Below the pieces are notes generated by a model. The model had not been told where the DNA came from. It was given only the letters and a program-made list of their open reading frames with translations, and ran no database searches. A stretch of DNA of 63,970 nucleotides, the filler included, from Octopus bimaculoides (Eukaryota), in assembly GCF_001194135.2 (NCBI RefSeq). It is 7 parts of 7 records of this genome, joined end to end, with 100 filler letters (N's around TTAATTAATTAA, not from the genome) between each part and the next. Parts side by side here need not be neighbours in the genome. Positions count along the whole stretch, not along the records: positions 30,211 to 50,024 come from NC_068990.1; 6 more parts are not named here. One strand, given 5' to 3'. Positions 37,387 through 48,835 of the stretch are shown in pieces. The translations under genes were made by a program, and so were the position numbers. Each line of letters starts with the position of its first letter. Position 1 is the first letter of the stretch.

Positions 37387-38129
37387 GTGACAAACAAATA
37401 AATGATTATCTTATGAACTTCATTAGCTTAAAGCTGTTTCTGCTATAGGATGCAGTGGTCTCACAATTGAGTGCATGAATAATACCTTAGAGATTCATCG
37501 GAGCCTCGAATATGAAGTTCAATTTATTTGGGAAAGAATTACATTTGTGCCTATATAGGGAACGGCCTCAATGGTGATAAAGTCTATACAGATGTATATA
37601 GGAAAAGTTTATGTCCAAAAATGGAAATATATGTGTATATACATACGCACGACTCTGAACCATTTCAGCAACCAGGTCGTATGGTATGATGTAACGCTTG
37701 CAAGTAATTATTGTTGAACAATTGTCGTCGCTGTTACCACTATTACGATGACAACCCAGAACAAACCAACAATAACTGTCACAAAAAACAAATAAATGCC
37801 ATCGCCACCTCCATCATTAGCTTCTGATTTGAGTTACTTCTCTTAGCGAGGGGCAAAATGTATTTGGGAAAGTACTATTGTATTAATATACAGATATTCA
37901 CCAAGAAATATTTGAAATAGCAAATTGATTTTCCTGACTACAGACAGATATCTCTCTGTCTGTCTGTCTTCTTTGTTTGTTTGTTTGTTTCTTTCTTTTG
38001 TTCTTTTATTCGTTTCAGTCGTGTGGCTGCGGTCATGCTGGAGCAGCACCGTGATTTTGTACTTATATATACCATTCTTCTTTGGTTGATTACTTCAGGG
38101 TGGCGGGATTTCTGCTTTTCCCTTGGTTG

Positions 38130-39490
38130 TCTGCCCGATTGATGTATGAGGGAGCTTGATACTGCTGCCCTCATCTGTACCTCATGCCGGGCCATTGGTT
38201 CATCCGGTGTTGTTGAGAGGAGAATGTCCAGTTCCTTTTTGAAGACATTCACATCCACATTGTCTAGATTTCTTGGGGGGGGGGGACATTGAAGATTTAT
38301 GGGCCTTTGAACCCTAAGCTATTGCAGTATCTGGTCTTTTGCGTCCAGTTCTGGTATTTGTATAAAACCCAATGGCGAAATTAGCTACTAGCCCTTCTAG
38401 AATTTTCCATATGTAGATTATTACTTATCTGTTGCGTCTTCTATCCGGGGAGCGAAGTCGTATTTGTCTTAGCTTCTCCCTGCAGCTCATGTACTGCACT
38501 GTTAGAATCTTTTTAGTGTAGTGACGTTGGACGGCTTCAAGCTCCGCGGTTAGTTCGGCATTATGTGGTGGCCATAGCTGAGAGTAGTAGCCCAGGCGGC
38601 TGAGAACAGAAGTTCTCCACAGAGTCAACATGACATCTTGGTTCCTTATCCTGAAAGACCTTGGAATCCATCCTATCGGTTGTCTGCACTTTATTGCCAT
38701 CTTGATAATGTGCATATGAAATGATGCATCGTTGCACATACTGATCCCCAAATCTCTGTTGGTGACTCTGGAATTGCGGTGCCTTCGGGTCCTGTACACG
38801 CAGGTCGCAGTGCATTTGTGAGCTTATAGCATACTGCTTGAAATGTTCCAGCATTAATCTGCATGTTGATTTCTTCAGCTCACTTGTATATTGCGTTTAG
38901 GTTCTGATGTAAGCTTGCGACATTGGTTTCGATATTGCCTGTGATAATTATGTATCATCGACGTAGCCAGTGGCTGTCTGAGTGACCATAGGTATGTCTA
39001 AGAAAGCTATTATAAACAGTAATGGCCCCAAGACAGTTCCTTGGGGTATGCCACTCAGAATTTACGTTTCCTCAGAGAGGAAGTCATGCATCAACACTCC
39101 CAATTATTAATTATGTCAAAGTCTCGCAGCTTGAGACATATCATGCCATGACCTACCTTATCAAAGGCCTTTGCGAGGTTAAGATATATCACACTGACGT
39201 CTAAATGGGTCAAACATCTGTTTCAAAACTCAGTCATAGTGCTGTAAGAGCTGTGTATCGTGCAGTAAATAATTTTCTTCTGGGAACATTATCTATTTCT
39301 TTCTGATGATTCGTTCCATGACTTTACTGACATGTGAAGTTGGAGAGATTGGCCTGCAGTTTATAGGCTTTGCTCTATTTCCACCCTTGTGGATAGGGCA
39401 TAGAATGCCTTCTTTTAGCTTTTTAGGAAGCTTACCACTTGCAAGGAAATTTTGGAAAAGTGTTTCAAGCGGTTTCACATAGCAGAGAGC
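38130..39490 (-). mobile_element. CR1/L2-group LINE RT and 3' end, decayed
   Basis: Reads 'LKEGILCPIHKGGNRAKPINCRPISPTSHVSKVMERIIRKK', 'LNLAKAFDKV', 'RDLGISM..WIPRSFRIR..SVLSRLGYYSQLWPP..LEAVQRHYTKKI' and 'FKKELDILLSTTPDEP..RAAVSSSLIHQ'. Confidence 0.9.
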
Positions 39491-40181
39491 AATTCGAGGG
39501 ATATTTGGTTGCTATTCCTGGCAAATCGAGTGATTGCGTAGAGACTTTCCTACCCACCGGAAATTTATACAAATGATTGTTTAACCTTTATAACTGTAGT
39601 GACTTAAATAAAAGTATTGGTCATACGAGAAAGTTAATCTGGTATTAATTTGCAAATATCGCCTCTTTAAGACTAATTAAAAAATAAAATACTTAACTGC
39701 TTCTTTTATGCCAGCAAAATCAATGCCAGTGGAATACGAATCTCGAAATAGGTAATCTTGAAAAAATGCAAGCTAGTGAGACATCAATGTATGGAAGGGA
39801 TTCTGAAAGATCATGTCAATAATCGTTATATCATCATGGAAAAGCTTGGGAGTAGTTTCCAAGGTAACTATAAAATCATAATAACAGGGGAAATGACTTT
39901 AAAAATAATGTGATAATAATAATAATACCATAATTATGATGAGATAAGTTCACATTTACCTAAACTGCTACTCAACTAATTGACACTTGTAATTTTATCC
40001 CTTGTGATTAACAATAGCTATTTTATTGGGTAAGTACTACAGATTGGGGATAATTGTATTCTATAGCCAATTGATTACATGATTTTCCCGCCACAAACTA
40101 CTTCACTGACGTAGCTAGTGCAATCTTTTCTAAAAATGAATGAACGCTAAAAAATTCACATTTCTCTTCTATAAATCAATA

Positions 40182-40465
40182 TAGTAAAACTCGGTTTACA
40201 AATTTAATTTGTTCCTGAAGGCCATTCGTCACCCGAAATGTTCGTAAACCGAAACCATTTTTTCCATTGGAAATTCAAGAGAAGGCACGGCAAATTCGAG
40301 CAGGAATTTACAATAAGCGAAAGACAATAACTGACACTTTCCCGTTGATATCCACAGATTGTTGCCAATCGTTGTCGCCGGTTTGTACGTTCGTTACTCG
40401 AGATACCATTCGTTATCCGAGACGGTATATGGTCGAAAAGTTGTTTGTAAACCGAGGTTCCACTG
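40182..40465. mobile_element. pogo/Tigger-type MITE (~284 bp)
   Basis: TIRs tagtaaaactcggtttacaaa and tttgtaaaccgaggttccactg (consensus CAGTGGAACCTCGGTTTACAAA). Confidence 0.8.
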
Positions 40466-40710
40466 TGCGTTGAAAATGAAAGCCACAAACGTCATTTGCT
40501 AAAAGTAATCTCTCTCATCTGGACCAAATCATGAACACACGTTCGATTCTTCTTTATACCTACTTCAATTCAATAACGATAAAAAAGCTTTTGATAAATA
40601 GGTAAACCACGGATGTTTACATTTTGCTTCTATCTTCATGTGTCATTCTTACAGGCATCGCGGACCATGGGTTTTCGCATCCTCCTGTTCCCCACGCAAC
40701 ACATTAATAA

Positions 40711-41160
40711 TGGTTTCATATTTTGGCACAAGGCTAGCATTTTGGGGGAAGGGTATACGTCGATTACATTAACCCCGGGGTTCAACTGGTACTTATTTTA
40801 TCGGCCCTGAAAGGATGAAAGGCACATCCGAACTCGGCGGAATTTGGACGCAGAACGTAAAGACGGACGAAATTCCACTAAGAATTTTGCCCAGCGTGCT
40901 AACGATTCTGCCAGCTAACCGCCTTTATTCATAATAATAATCCTTTCTACTATAGGCACAAGGCCTGAAATTTTTTGGGGGAGGGAACTAATCGATTACA
41001 TCGACCCAGTGTTTCACTGGTGTTTAATTTATCGACCCTCGAAAGGATAAAAGGTAAAGTCGCCCTCGGCGGAATTTGAACTCAGAACGTAAAGACGGAC
41101 GAAATGCTGCTAAGTATTTCGTCCGGCGTGCTAACGTTTCTGCCCGCTCATCGCCGCCTT
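40711..41160 (-). mobile_element. Two tandem full-length SINE A copies (40711-40925, 40941-41160)
   Basis: Each is the reverse complement of the family A consensus from head to tail. Confidence 0.9.
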
Positions 41161-41510
41161 ACCGGGCACATTAATAATGCCGACCTTTCTTAAGTTATTT
41201 GGGGAGGTAATCGAATATCTTGTCTTCTCTTTCTTCTTCCTTTTAACTTTCCCGGTTATCACAAAAAGCACAGGGTCGCCTTTTACTTTTTGATGGCTTT
41301 TGCTTGTCTGAGGACTTCTACGTTTGTCACTCTGTTTGCATAGGATATCTTCGGCATTCGTCTAGCGAACCACATCCCTGCAGTATTCCAAGTATTTATT
41401 CATCAATGTTCCTGGTTACACAACAATTTACCTTTATATAGGTCAATGTTTTGGATAGCTATGAGATTGAAACTCTGCTGTACTAAAAAACAAAAAAAGG
41501 GGGATACATT

Positions 41511-41706
41511 AAGGCGGCGAGCAGGCAGAATCTTTAGCATGCTGGGAAAATGCTTAGCGTTCTGATTTCAAATTACGCCGAGATCGACTTTACCTTTCGT
41601 CCTTCCCAAGTCGATAAAATAAGTACCAGTTGAATACTGGAGTCAATGTAATCCACTTACCCCTTCTCCTGAATTTGTTAGCCTTGTGCCAAAATTTGAA
41701 ACCAAT
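41511..41706 (+). mobile_element. SINE A
   Basis: Runs from aaggcggcgagcaggcagaatc to ..gccttgtgccaaaatttgaaaccaat. Confidence 0.9.
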
Positions 41707-42342
41707 ATTTTGGATTGTTACTCAAGTAGAAGTAGGTTTTCAACGTCACAAACCCTGATATAATCCTGCAGTGAATATCACATGATAAAACATCCGTGGT
41801 GTGCCAGGGACGTGAACTTAAATTCACAAATTTACAGTTGTATTCCGTCTAGTCGGGTCAGATGGTACCATATCCAGTTGTGATATTTGTAAAGTTAAAG
41901 TGGCAGCCCAAAGTGTCACCATAAAAGAAAGCTCGTCTTCTTATCTTTTTTTAGTAGAAGATGAGTATCCTTACTTATAAGTTCAAATCCTTTGGGAAAT
42001 ATATGACTATGAATATTACAACTTCACATTTTACACTTCCATACAAAGTATTCGGCATTTTCTATCTTGTGAACAGAAGCAATTGATTTAGTATTCGATG
42101 GTGACATTATGTAATATATTTAATTAGTGTTATCTTGTTAAGCAGTTCATTAAATATAACAGTAACTATGATAAGCTGTAACAATAATTCACTTGTGTGT
42201 TTAGTGAACGTAACAAAATGTTTGAGAACATGATTTAGATGTGTGTAATGCACCGTATATAATTCTATGTGGATTCGTTATTCCGAAGTTGCACCAGTTT
42301 AGAGAATACGTATTTATGTGTAAAGGCATATGTGCTTATATG

Positions 42343-42562
42343 TATGAGGTTTGTGCTGAAAACTTCCTGGCTTTGGGTAAACGAAAATACAGGAGGCTCA
42401 GTTAATTATGGTTTTATTCAACATATTCCCCTCTCAGCTTCACACACTTATTGCAGGGGTCCTTCAGGTTTTCTAAGTCCCGTAAAAGAACTCGGAAGGT
42501 TGGACCTCCGACCAGGCCTTTTGCAGTACCCTTAAAGTCAGGAACTTTTCAGCACCCCTAGT

Positions 42563-42563
<1 letters not shown>
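42343..42563. mobile_element. Mariner-derived MITE (~220 bp)
   Basis: TIRs TA-tgaggtttgtgctgaaaacttcctggcttt and aaagtcaggaacttttcagcacccctag-TA. Confidence 0.8.
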
Positions 42564-42598
<35 letters not shown>

Positions 42599-43562
42599 AT
42601 GTATGTGTGTGTGCATGTATGTGTGTGTGGAAAAGAGAGAGAGAGAGGAAGGGAAAAAGGTGGAGGAAGACGTTCCATCTACGTTTTTCTATAGTTGTGA
42701 CGTTCGAATAAAAATAAACCCTCACCCACCCTTTAAACTCCAGGACGAGACGAGTTACTCGAAGATTTTATCTACTCCTGGTGGTCACTTAATTTGCTAG
42801 AAATGACAGCCAAATCAGCCTAGAACCACTTACTACTGCCCTTAAAAAAAAAAGGGAAAACACATTAGATAATGCAATCATATATCAATTGTGTCTGCGA
42901 AGCAGAAAACGCCAGATGGAATATGATCTTTCAACTTCGGTTAGTATTGGGTCATCGTAGTCACCACCACCACCACCACTGCCACCACCACCGCCACCAC
43001 CACCGCCNNNNNNNNNNCACCGCCGCCACCGCCGCCCTTATTTAACCCTTTAGTCAGTCCCTTTCTAGGAGAACTATGATAGAAGCATTCCAGTCCCGTT
43101 TTGGTTTCTTCTATACAAAGAAGCCATTTACTATATTATTCAATGCATCATTTTCTAAGCCAGTTGGCTGTGATTTAAAAAAAGATTGGTTCCGTGTATG
43201 CTACTTTGCTACAGATTGAGCGACGAAACGTAGTGTCACCCTCATTGGTGGACCTACATAAGCATACTTCCCTCTTTTGTTTCCTTATAACTTTCAGAAA
43301 AACAAATATATCTTTATGGATTTCTCTACAGATACTTTTCAGATGGTGTAGATTACAATTATATACGAATTTGATACAAAAGAAAGAAAGAAGAAAATGG
43401 TGGGCGCGCACACACACGCGCACTGATACGTCAGATAATTTTTTGGAAAGTTCAAGCTTCACTTTTGTAGATGTCTATGTAATGTTCGTCAGTATTTTTC
43501 CACATTAGGTTCCAATGTTGTCCTAATCCCCACCATCCGAAAAGTATTTTTCTTTTGTGCTT

Positions 43563-44138
43563 TTATCTTTTACTTGTTTCAGTCATTAGACTCCGGCCAT
43601 ACTAATGCACTGCCTTGAAAGATTTTTAGTCGAATGAGTGGGCCCCAGAACATAAGTTTCTTTTTTAAAATCTGGTACTTATTCTATCGGTCTCTTTTAC
43701 CGAACTACTAAGTTATGGAGCGTAAATAAACCAACACCGGTTGTCAAGCGGTGGTGGGGAAACAAACACAGAGACAAAGACACACGTGCGCGCGCGTGCA
43801 CACACAGTCAGTACTATCTCACTTTACGAGGACCTGCTTTACGAGACCTCGGGTTTACGAGTTTTATTTTATTATAAATATAAAGGGTTAATCAGCCATT
43901 TTGTGTGTGGCAACGTTACAACCCGAGGCAACACTGGTTCTGACGCGTCGACACAGCAACGGAGCAAAATGACGGCATAAAATTTCATTGTTACTATAGG
44001 AAATTATTGCTCTGCTTAACGAGTTTTCGCTTTACGAGCGGTCTCCGGGAACAAATTAACTCGTATGTCGAGGCATTACTGCATATACATACGACGGGCT
44101 TCTTCCAGTTTCCATTTACCAAAGTTACTCGCAAGGCT
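43563..44138 (-). mobile_element. SINE family B (5'-truncated) interrupted by a nested MITE
   Basis: B tail at 43563-43790 and B head part (acgacgggcttcttccagtttccat) at 44090-44138. Confidence 0.85.
43809..44081. mobile_element. Tigger-type MITE nested in the SINE B microsatellite
   Basis: TIRs cagtactatctcactttacgag and ctcgtatgtcgaggcattactg, with repeated subterminal tttacgag motifs. Confidence 0.75.
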
Positions 44139-44904
44139 AGAAAAAAGAAGTGCTGAATTAAATGAAACATGACGTGAGAAATGGACTTTATAGCACACCT
44201 CAATCTGTCTTCGCTAGGGTCTTAGCTCGAGTTCCATGATGTGTTTTGATTATATGAAAAATAGTTTGGCTCGACACACAAACATAACCGAGTTTATGTT
44301 CCGTGATATTAGAGACCGATTTCATCTTCACTGTTGTTGTTGCTGTGGTAGATGACGATGATGTTGATGAGAACAAAGCAGAGAATAGTCAAGGAATGGC
44401 GTCGATAAAAAAAAATGAAAGACAGTAGAATAGGAAATAAAAAAAAATTAAAATCTAAGAAAAGCAAATATAAAACTTTCATACAATTTCTATAAAACAA
44501 ATATGAAATATACTAAAAAACCGACTCACTAGAAAAAAGAAATGTAAAGGATGAAATTTCACAGTGAAAATATGACGGATACACATACATTCTGAATGTT
44601 ATTTCAGTTATATACATTCCTGTTATCTCACATATACTTTACCTTAAAGACACTCCTTTTTATATATTACAGAAATAATTTTGTTTTCCGTACTTCAATA
44701 ATCTCTATACGCGTCGATGTGGTATTTGTTTGTCATGAAACGAACGTCTCTGTTTATCAACGAAAGCATTCCAAAATTTTCACACGAGTTCAAAATGATT
44801 CTGCAATAATGCATGGAGAAAAATCAAGAACAAAAAAAAAATTCTGTACCTGAGATCTTCCTGAAGTAAAACGAAGATGCCAGGAGAAAGAGCTCTTTAT
44901 CTTT

Positions 44905-45135
44905 TACTTCTTTCATTCATTGAACTGCGACCAAGCTTGGGCACCGCCTTGACGGGTTTTAATCGAACAAATTGATCACAGTGCTTATGATCTTGTAAAG
45001 CCTGGCACTTATTTTATCGGAATCTTTTGCCGAAGTGCTAAGTTACAGAGACATAAACAAACACAAATTATCAAGCGGTGTATCTGTATGTGTTGGTAAA
45101 CACACGCACATATATACGATGGGCTTCCACACAAG
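44905..45135 (-). mobile_element. SINE family B, partial
   Basis: Contains gcaccgccttga..ttttaatcgaac..cttattttatcgg..cttttgccgaa. Confidence 0.75.
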
Positions 45136-45210
45136 CACTACATGATGTGATATATCATAGAAAAAATGTATAAGGAACCTGGCACGTGTGTGGCCCAGTC
45201 CACCTTAGAT

Positions 45211-46370
45211 CAGTGATTCCCAATCTTTTTGTGATCGCGTACCACCTGGAGGTTTCGTACAGCTGCCGAGTATCACCTGGTTCCAGATAAACTCAATTCG
45301 ATCAGATATCAATTTAATCACAAGTTAGAAAACACAAATGAACTAACAACAAAGAACACAACTCAATTTAATGCGTGGGCTGAATCTGTTTCTTCTCCAC
45401 CAGCTGGTCAATGCGGGGCATAACCTTGCTCACAGTGCATCGGAAATCATGGCCGGGCGCAGCAAGAAGGTTCCAGCTTTTCGATTTGGTGGTCATTAAG
45501 GCAGAGAACTCCTGCTCACGCTCCCACGTAGAGGGGAAAATCAGTAGCTGGGGAACAGCGTGATGGGCTAGCGTCGGATAGGAGAAGGCCATGCTTAAGC
45601 AGAAGTTTATAGGAGAGCATTCTTTGTGCTTCGTCTTTGCTGTCTCGTCAGCCTGGATATCTATGAGTTCCTCTTGTTCCCCGGTCCCGACAGGCAACTC
45701 GGCTGAATCAACGGAGAATGGATTGGCGATGTAGGCACAACATATCACATCTGGGAAGTAATGCATCAACTCAAACTTGAGCAGTGAAAGGTGACGGACG
45801 ATTTCTTGGACAAATTCATCATTGGGCTCGCTGTCAAGTGTAGTCAGAAGTTCGGACATTCTGTAGCGTTTGCTCTCCACGTTCTTCAACCACAGATTCA
45901 AATTCCGGACAAATGCTCCCAGCTTCAAGATGAACTCTGTGACAGTGTAATTGGGCCCTTGAAACGACAGGTTTAAGTGGCTGAGGGCTCCGTAAATGTC
46001 CGACAGGTAGGCCAACCTTGAGATAAACTCCTCGTCATCCGGGTCTTTTTGAAAATCGTGTTCCTTCTCCGTGAAGAGAACAAGAAGTTCATCCCTCAGT
46101 TCAAAGAGACGCCTCGTCGCATTACTCCAGGAGGGCCAGCGAAGCTCCGTGTGGTAGAGGAGACAGATGTGGTCGGAGCCGAAATCTTCGCCTAGCNNNN
46201 NNNNNNTAAGCATGATAAAAACTTCGGAGGGAGCATCTGAGCACAAAGAGCGAACCTGTGTATGAAACAATGGACAGCGGTGGTGTTTGGTGTCACAGCT
46301 TTCACATGGGCTTGAAAACCTGACTTTCGACCGAGCATAGATGGAGCCCCGTCTGTCATGCATCCGACTA
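45211..46370 (-). mobile_element. hAT (Charlie/Buster, ZBED5/SCAND3-like) transposase fossil with 3' TIR
   Basis: Reads 'LLYHTELRW..RRLFELRDEL..RLAYLSDIYGALSHLNLSFQG..' and the dimerisation-domain-like 'LLIFPSTWEREQEFSALMTTKSKSWNLL' (stop at 45368). TIR cagtgattcccaatc is at 45211. The 5' part is missing and the catalytic consensus is degraded. Confidence 0.9.
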
Positions 46371-46385
46371 ACTTCTCCCAATCTA

Positions 46386-46583
46386 CAGGGTGTCCACAAG
46401 GTCTGGGTACATGGAGTAAATAAAATCATAACATAAGAAATAATAATTTCTTAAAGTATGTGTTAATCCCCATATGGGTACATGGAGTAAATAAAATCAT
46501 AACATAAACAATTGAATATAAGAAATAAGAATTTCTTAAAGTATGTGTTAATCCCCATGTATTTAGACTTTGTGGACACCCTG
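46386..46583. mobile_element. Tc1/mariner MITE (198 bp) with TA TSD and internal direct duplication
   Basis: TA-cagggtgtccacaaggtctgggtacatgg and ccatgtatttagactttgtggacaccctg-TA. An internal ~70-bp unit (gggtacatggagtaaataaaatcataacataa..) occurs twice. Confidence 0.9.
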
Positions 46584-46585
46584 TA

Positions 46586-47770
46586 GTTCATTCTGCTTGA
46601 AGAAATTGTCCAAAACGTCGAAAATATCCTTTTCTTTCGTTGTACTGGACAGCTCCTTTTGCTTGAACTTTTTGTTTAAATGTTTCATTCGCTGACATTA
46701 GTTCTTCTCTTTGTTGAGAGTCCATATTTTCTCACGATCTTCCTGCCTTTTCTTGATCTTACGCAATTTCCAGAGATTAGCTCAGTTAATATTGATATCT
46801 CCCTTCGCAATGATTCAATCTCAGTTTCAATTCTACTTCTCCAGTTTGATTTTCTTTTCGAATTTGGTATTGTTGTCTTTTTGGGTGTTCAACAGCGTCT
46901 TTCGATTACCTTAGCAACAGAGTTAATAATTTCATTTAACTTATTAAGATCGAGTTTTAGTTGTTGTATGATCTCTTGTGTAACGCAGTTGCCAATTTTT
47001 ATTTGGGTTTTATGTTGGTGTGCATTTGAGAGTTTATGGAGTGGTTCCCTATCATTCATATTTGTATGCCGTACAACTGCAAGCTCATTCAGAACTTCTT
47101 GCTTCATTTCAAAAATAGATTTTTCTGTGTTGTTCAGCAAATATGTGGTCTTCAAATTCTGTTTCCTGGCTGTTTTTTCTAGGTTCATTATATTTTCCTT
47201 TTTCTTCAGGCTCTTGAGTGGTTTCGGCAGATGGTCACCCATCAGTCAATGCTTGTGGTCCAACATTCCTCTCCTCTGCTTCGTTATTTCTTTCCTGACT
47301 TATATTTAGGTCATTCTCTACCGCTCTTTTAATAGAGGTTAATTCTGCATCTGTGAGTCTGGTATTTCTGAGGATATCTCTTCTAACATTTGCTAATCTG
47401 TTTTCGTCTAGATTTGGTCTGCTAGCTGGATTCCGGCTCCTCCAAATTCTGTAGGAGTTTGCAGTGTGTTTCTCTTGGGTTGGCCTACTTAATGCAAAGT
47501 AATAAGCGTATATTACTTCTTTATATTCTTCCTGGTTCCATTTAATTCTTTTACATTTTTATTTTGTGGTCGTTGTGGTGGTGAACTTTGGGGGCTTAAT
47601 TTGGGACAAATCCCGTCTAAGTGACCTTCCAGGTTCGTATTCAGGGAAGATATTCTGCCATTTGAAACTTTTTCGCCGTCAGGCTGACAGCCTCCTCACA
47701 GGCGCGCTTCTAGAATCACCATTGGACAAGAGATTCGGTGGACTGCTTGAACTTTTCTTTTATTTTTAAG
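46586..47770 (-). mobile_element. 5' portion of an R4/Dong-like RLE LINE
   Basis: Reads 'KRIKWNQEEYKEVIYAYYFAL', 'YRIWRSRNPASRPNLDENRLANVRRDILRNTRLTDAEL', 'WRSRIETEIESLRREISIL..KY' and 'ETFKQKVQAK..FFKQN'. This is the N-terminal region typical of R4/Dong ORFs; it is 3'-truncated at the MITE. Confidence 0.75.
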
Positions 47771-47808
47771 TAAAGTTAAATTATCATTAAATTTTAATTA
47801 AAAAAGAA

Positions 47809-47840
<32 letters not shown>

Positions 47841-47889
47841 GTATTTGTTAACCACTAATCTTCATACGGGGGCCGCGTTTATCACCATT

Positions 47890-48043
47890 AGCAACAGCAG
47901 CACCACCAGTAGTTGTAGTAGCAGCAGCAATATCCCTATCAGCAGCAGCAGCGGCAGTGGTAATAGTAGTAGTAGTGGTAGCAGTAACAGCAGCAGTAGC
48001 AGTAGCAGTAGCAGCAGCAGCAGCAGTAGTAGCCTTATTATTA

Positions 48044-48090
<47 letters not shown>
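47890..48090. repeat. (AGC)/(AGT)n then (ATT)n trinucleotide repeats
   Basis: Directly visible. Confidence 0.95.
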
Positions 48091-48257
48091 GATTCGGCTC
48101 AGATTCGGTCTTGTTCCTGATAGGATTTATGTGGGTAGCGGGTTACTACCTGTAACCTTAGGTATCCACCTGCTTTCAATAATCTTTCAAGTATTTAGAA
48201 CCCCCCTGATAATCTTGTCTGGCCCTTAGAGGCAAACTTTTTGTAGAAGCTCTGTAA

Positions 48258-48428
48258 CAGTGCTCCGCAACCGGTATCCGCAACCCGATGCTGGGTGTGC
48301 CGCATTGTAACCTGAATATAATTTTTCTCTCCTTATACTTTTAGTTATATATGTTTAGTTCAGGTGTGCCGCCGAATTTTGAAAAGAATATAATTGTACC
48401 GCAAGTGAGAAAAGGTAGCGGAACACTG
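48258..48428. mobile_element. Small hAT MITE (171 bp)
   Basis: TIRs cagtgctccgcaacc and ggtagcggaacactg (13/15 match). No convincing 8-bp TSD. Confidence 0.65.
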
Positions 48429-48566
48429 CCTCACAGGACATTCTATTCCAATCCCCTTCAGCCATTTGTCTATATCTTTGCTTACAGTTCCCAATATACC
48501 AATAATCATAGGAACAACATTTACAGTTTATGAAAACTGTAAATGTTGTTCCTATGATTATTCCAA

Positions 48567-48644
<78 letters not shown>

Positions 48645-48670
48645 GTTGTTATTATTATTATTATTATTAT
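48567..48670. repeat. Long (ATT)n microsatellite
   Basis: More than 30 units, directly visible. Confidence 0.97.
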
Positions 48671-48835
48671 CGTTAGAAAGTTGGGAAGATGCTTTTTAGG
48701 TCAGCTTTGCTTACGTATTCTTTCGAGGTCGATAAACTAATATACTAGTCAAGTATTGGTGTAAATAATCGATTAATCTCTTTCCCTACAAAATTTCTAG
48801 CCTTTTACGTAAATTAGAAACTATCATTATCGTTA

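Noticed and set aside
45368-46429. 353-aa ORF as an intact domesticated ZBED5/SCAND3-like gene
   Set aside because: The start codon lies inside an unrelated MITE, the ORF crosses an N gap, conserved residues are degraded, and a hAT TIR follows the stop. It is a transposon fossil.
46595-46625. Third hammerhead-like motif (ttgaagaaattgtccaaaacg)
   Set aside because: It lies within the antisense of the R4/Dong coding sequence ('FFKQNE'), so the resemblance is by chance.
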